NCBI GenBank assembly: GCA_046563655.1
Contig: CM102285.1
Span: forward strand, 14,322,001 to 14,386,000
DNA from: Yuukianura sp. NJ FZ-2021
Lineage: Eukaryota
DNA length: 64,000 nt
Reading direction: 5' to 3'
Positions 62,589-64,000 of this stretch are shown piece after piece (position 1 is the stretch's first letter; each line of letters opens with the position of its first letter). The position numbers and the translations under genes were made by a program. A model generated the notes under the pieces. The model worked only from the letters and a program-made list of their open reading frames with translations. It was not told where the DNA came from and ran no database searches.

Positions 62589-63461
62589 TGCTACTAAAGC
62601 TGTGACAGATTAATCAATTAACGACTGTTGGAGTTGCTTGTTATGAATCAATTAATCTGAAATCGGTTAATTAGAAGTTAAGTGGCACTCCACACTCCAG
62701 TGTTTTGAAATTTCAACAAAACTAAAAAAAAATATTACGTTGGAGTAAGGTAGAACGGACGTCATTGTAACCTCATAATGTAACCACTTTGCGGATACAA
62801 AAAATTGCTTCGCCAATTGGCTACTTATGCTGCCATTTCTGGAGAGATTTGGTGATCTTAGAACGGCTGCAATTGTTGCCACCAAATTGTGGGTGCCTAT
62901 TGTAGCCACATACGATGACCGAAGTGGCTACATTTTCGAATACAATAACTTTACTTAAACCTTACGTCAACCAAATCTAAAAATGTCAAAAACATAATTT
63001 GAAATTTAAAACTGCCAATCCCGCTCCCGCCCGTTCAAAAAATTTGCCACTGTGAGACAACTCTTTAGCGAATTGTGTAACAGTAAGTAAAAATAAAATA
63101 TTAAATAGATATTTTATTTTTTTACTTTAATTGGAGTAATTAATCACAAATAAAACGAAGTAACTAATTAAACAATTACATTGTTTTATTTATCAAAGCC
63201 ATACGAATAAACAAAATGTTCAGAAGATTTGCAAAACTTAGCAACTATAATTTACAGTGTGCATGAAAATGGAAAGTCTCACTGGAATTTAAACTGGTAA
63301 TTGTGTTGTTGTGATGAATGTTGAGAAAGACAATTAATTGTGGAAGATTTCCTTAATTCCTTTGAACAGTCTTCTGGATGCTTTTGTGCTTGTGGCAATT
63401 GTTATAATATTGGCAGATCGAACTCTACGAATGGTTGACATTCGGTAGTCAGTTGGAAAAA

Positions 63462-64000
63462 TCATTTGATCTTAGACTGGAGCCACTCTTCCGTCAGTTC
63501 CTCCAGTTCCCGGATTTCGTAGACCCTGGTAAAATTTAGTTCACGTTGCAGATGAAGTTTACTTCCAGCGTACATCATTTGTAGTTCCGGATTGCTGTCT
63601 CTTGGTGTAATGTAAATGAAGCATAAGGGATACGAAATACGTCCATCCGGATGGTTCATCCGATAAGACAGAACGAGAAACCGAGGCTGATGATCCGGAA
63701 GTTCTTCCAATAGTTCGGGAATCGTCGTATCCTGCAAAACCCAAAAATTAGAGAGTTTGAGTTTATGCAATGACTAGTCAATTTCTTAATTTCAGTAATT
63801 AAGAATGTGCTGTTGTGGTGGGTCATAAAAGTTCTCGTACATCCAACGTCTGGTCGATGACTATCGTCTGTTTCTCACGGTCCACCTTCACTACAAACAT
63901 ATAATTACACAAACGTTTATCATTTTGTTAAAAAATCATTCATAATTTTAATCTTTGCTTTGGAAATTACTTATAATGGCCGAATTTCCTGTCAAGTCTT
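63462..64000 (-). CDS. GMF: Glia maturation factor (ADF-H domain), 3' part; gene starts beyond the window
   Basis: NSAII.KVDREKQ; ELPDHQPRFLVLSYRMNHPDGRISYPLCFIYITPRDSNPELQMMYAGSK...VYEIRELEELTEEWL. Confidence 0.93.

Noticed and set aside
1..64000. tRNA, rRNA, snRNA genes or horizontally acquired bacterial genes
   Set aside because: None recognised by eye; all genes are intron-containing metazoan types. A covariance-model scan was not possible.

Overview
Eukaryotic, AT-rich, gene-dense window with mostly 55-110 bp GT-AG introns, from a compact invertebrate genome. It is probably an arthropod (an inference from the cabut-type KLF N-terminus). About 21 spliced genes can be rebuilt by hand. Conserved genes: CC2D1/lgd (3' part), KLF10/11-cabut, two orphan C2H2 zinc-finger genes, RecQ5, a C2CD6/CATSPERT homologue, a CIB EF-hand protein, a short progranulin, TMEM63/OSCA, eIF2B-alpha and GMF (3' part). 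Interleaved from about 23 to 61 kb is a lineage-specific set of secreted or lysosomal lipid-handling genes. It comprises one canonical CAP/SCP gene, two acid sphingomyelinases, three NPC2/ML genes, and four genes built from nine copies of a highly divergent CAP-derived domain. That domain is encoded by a phase-0 four-exon module with Pro-rich linkers, has lost the CAP cavity residues and has gained a Cys pair; one copy carries RGDS. The CAP and NPC2 promoters share a paired TAATTG motif. Several DNA transposon remnants and MITEs lie in the CAP array. All family calls come from manual translation and remembered motifs; no database search was run.
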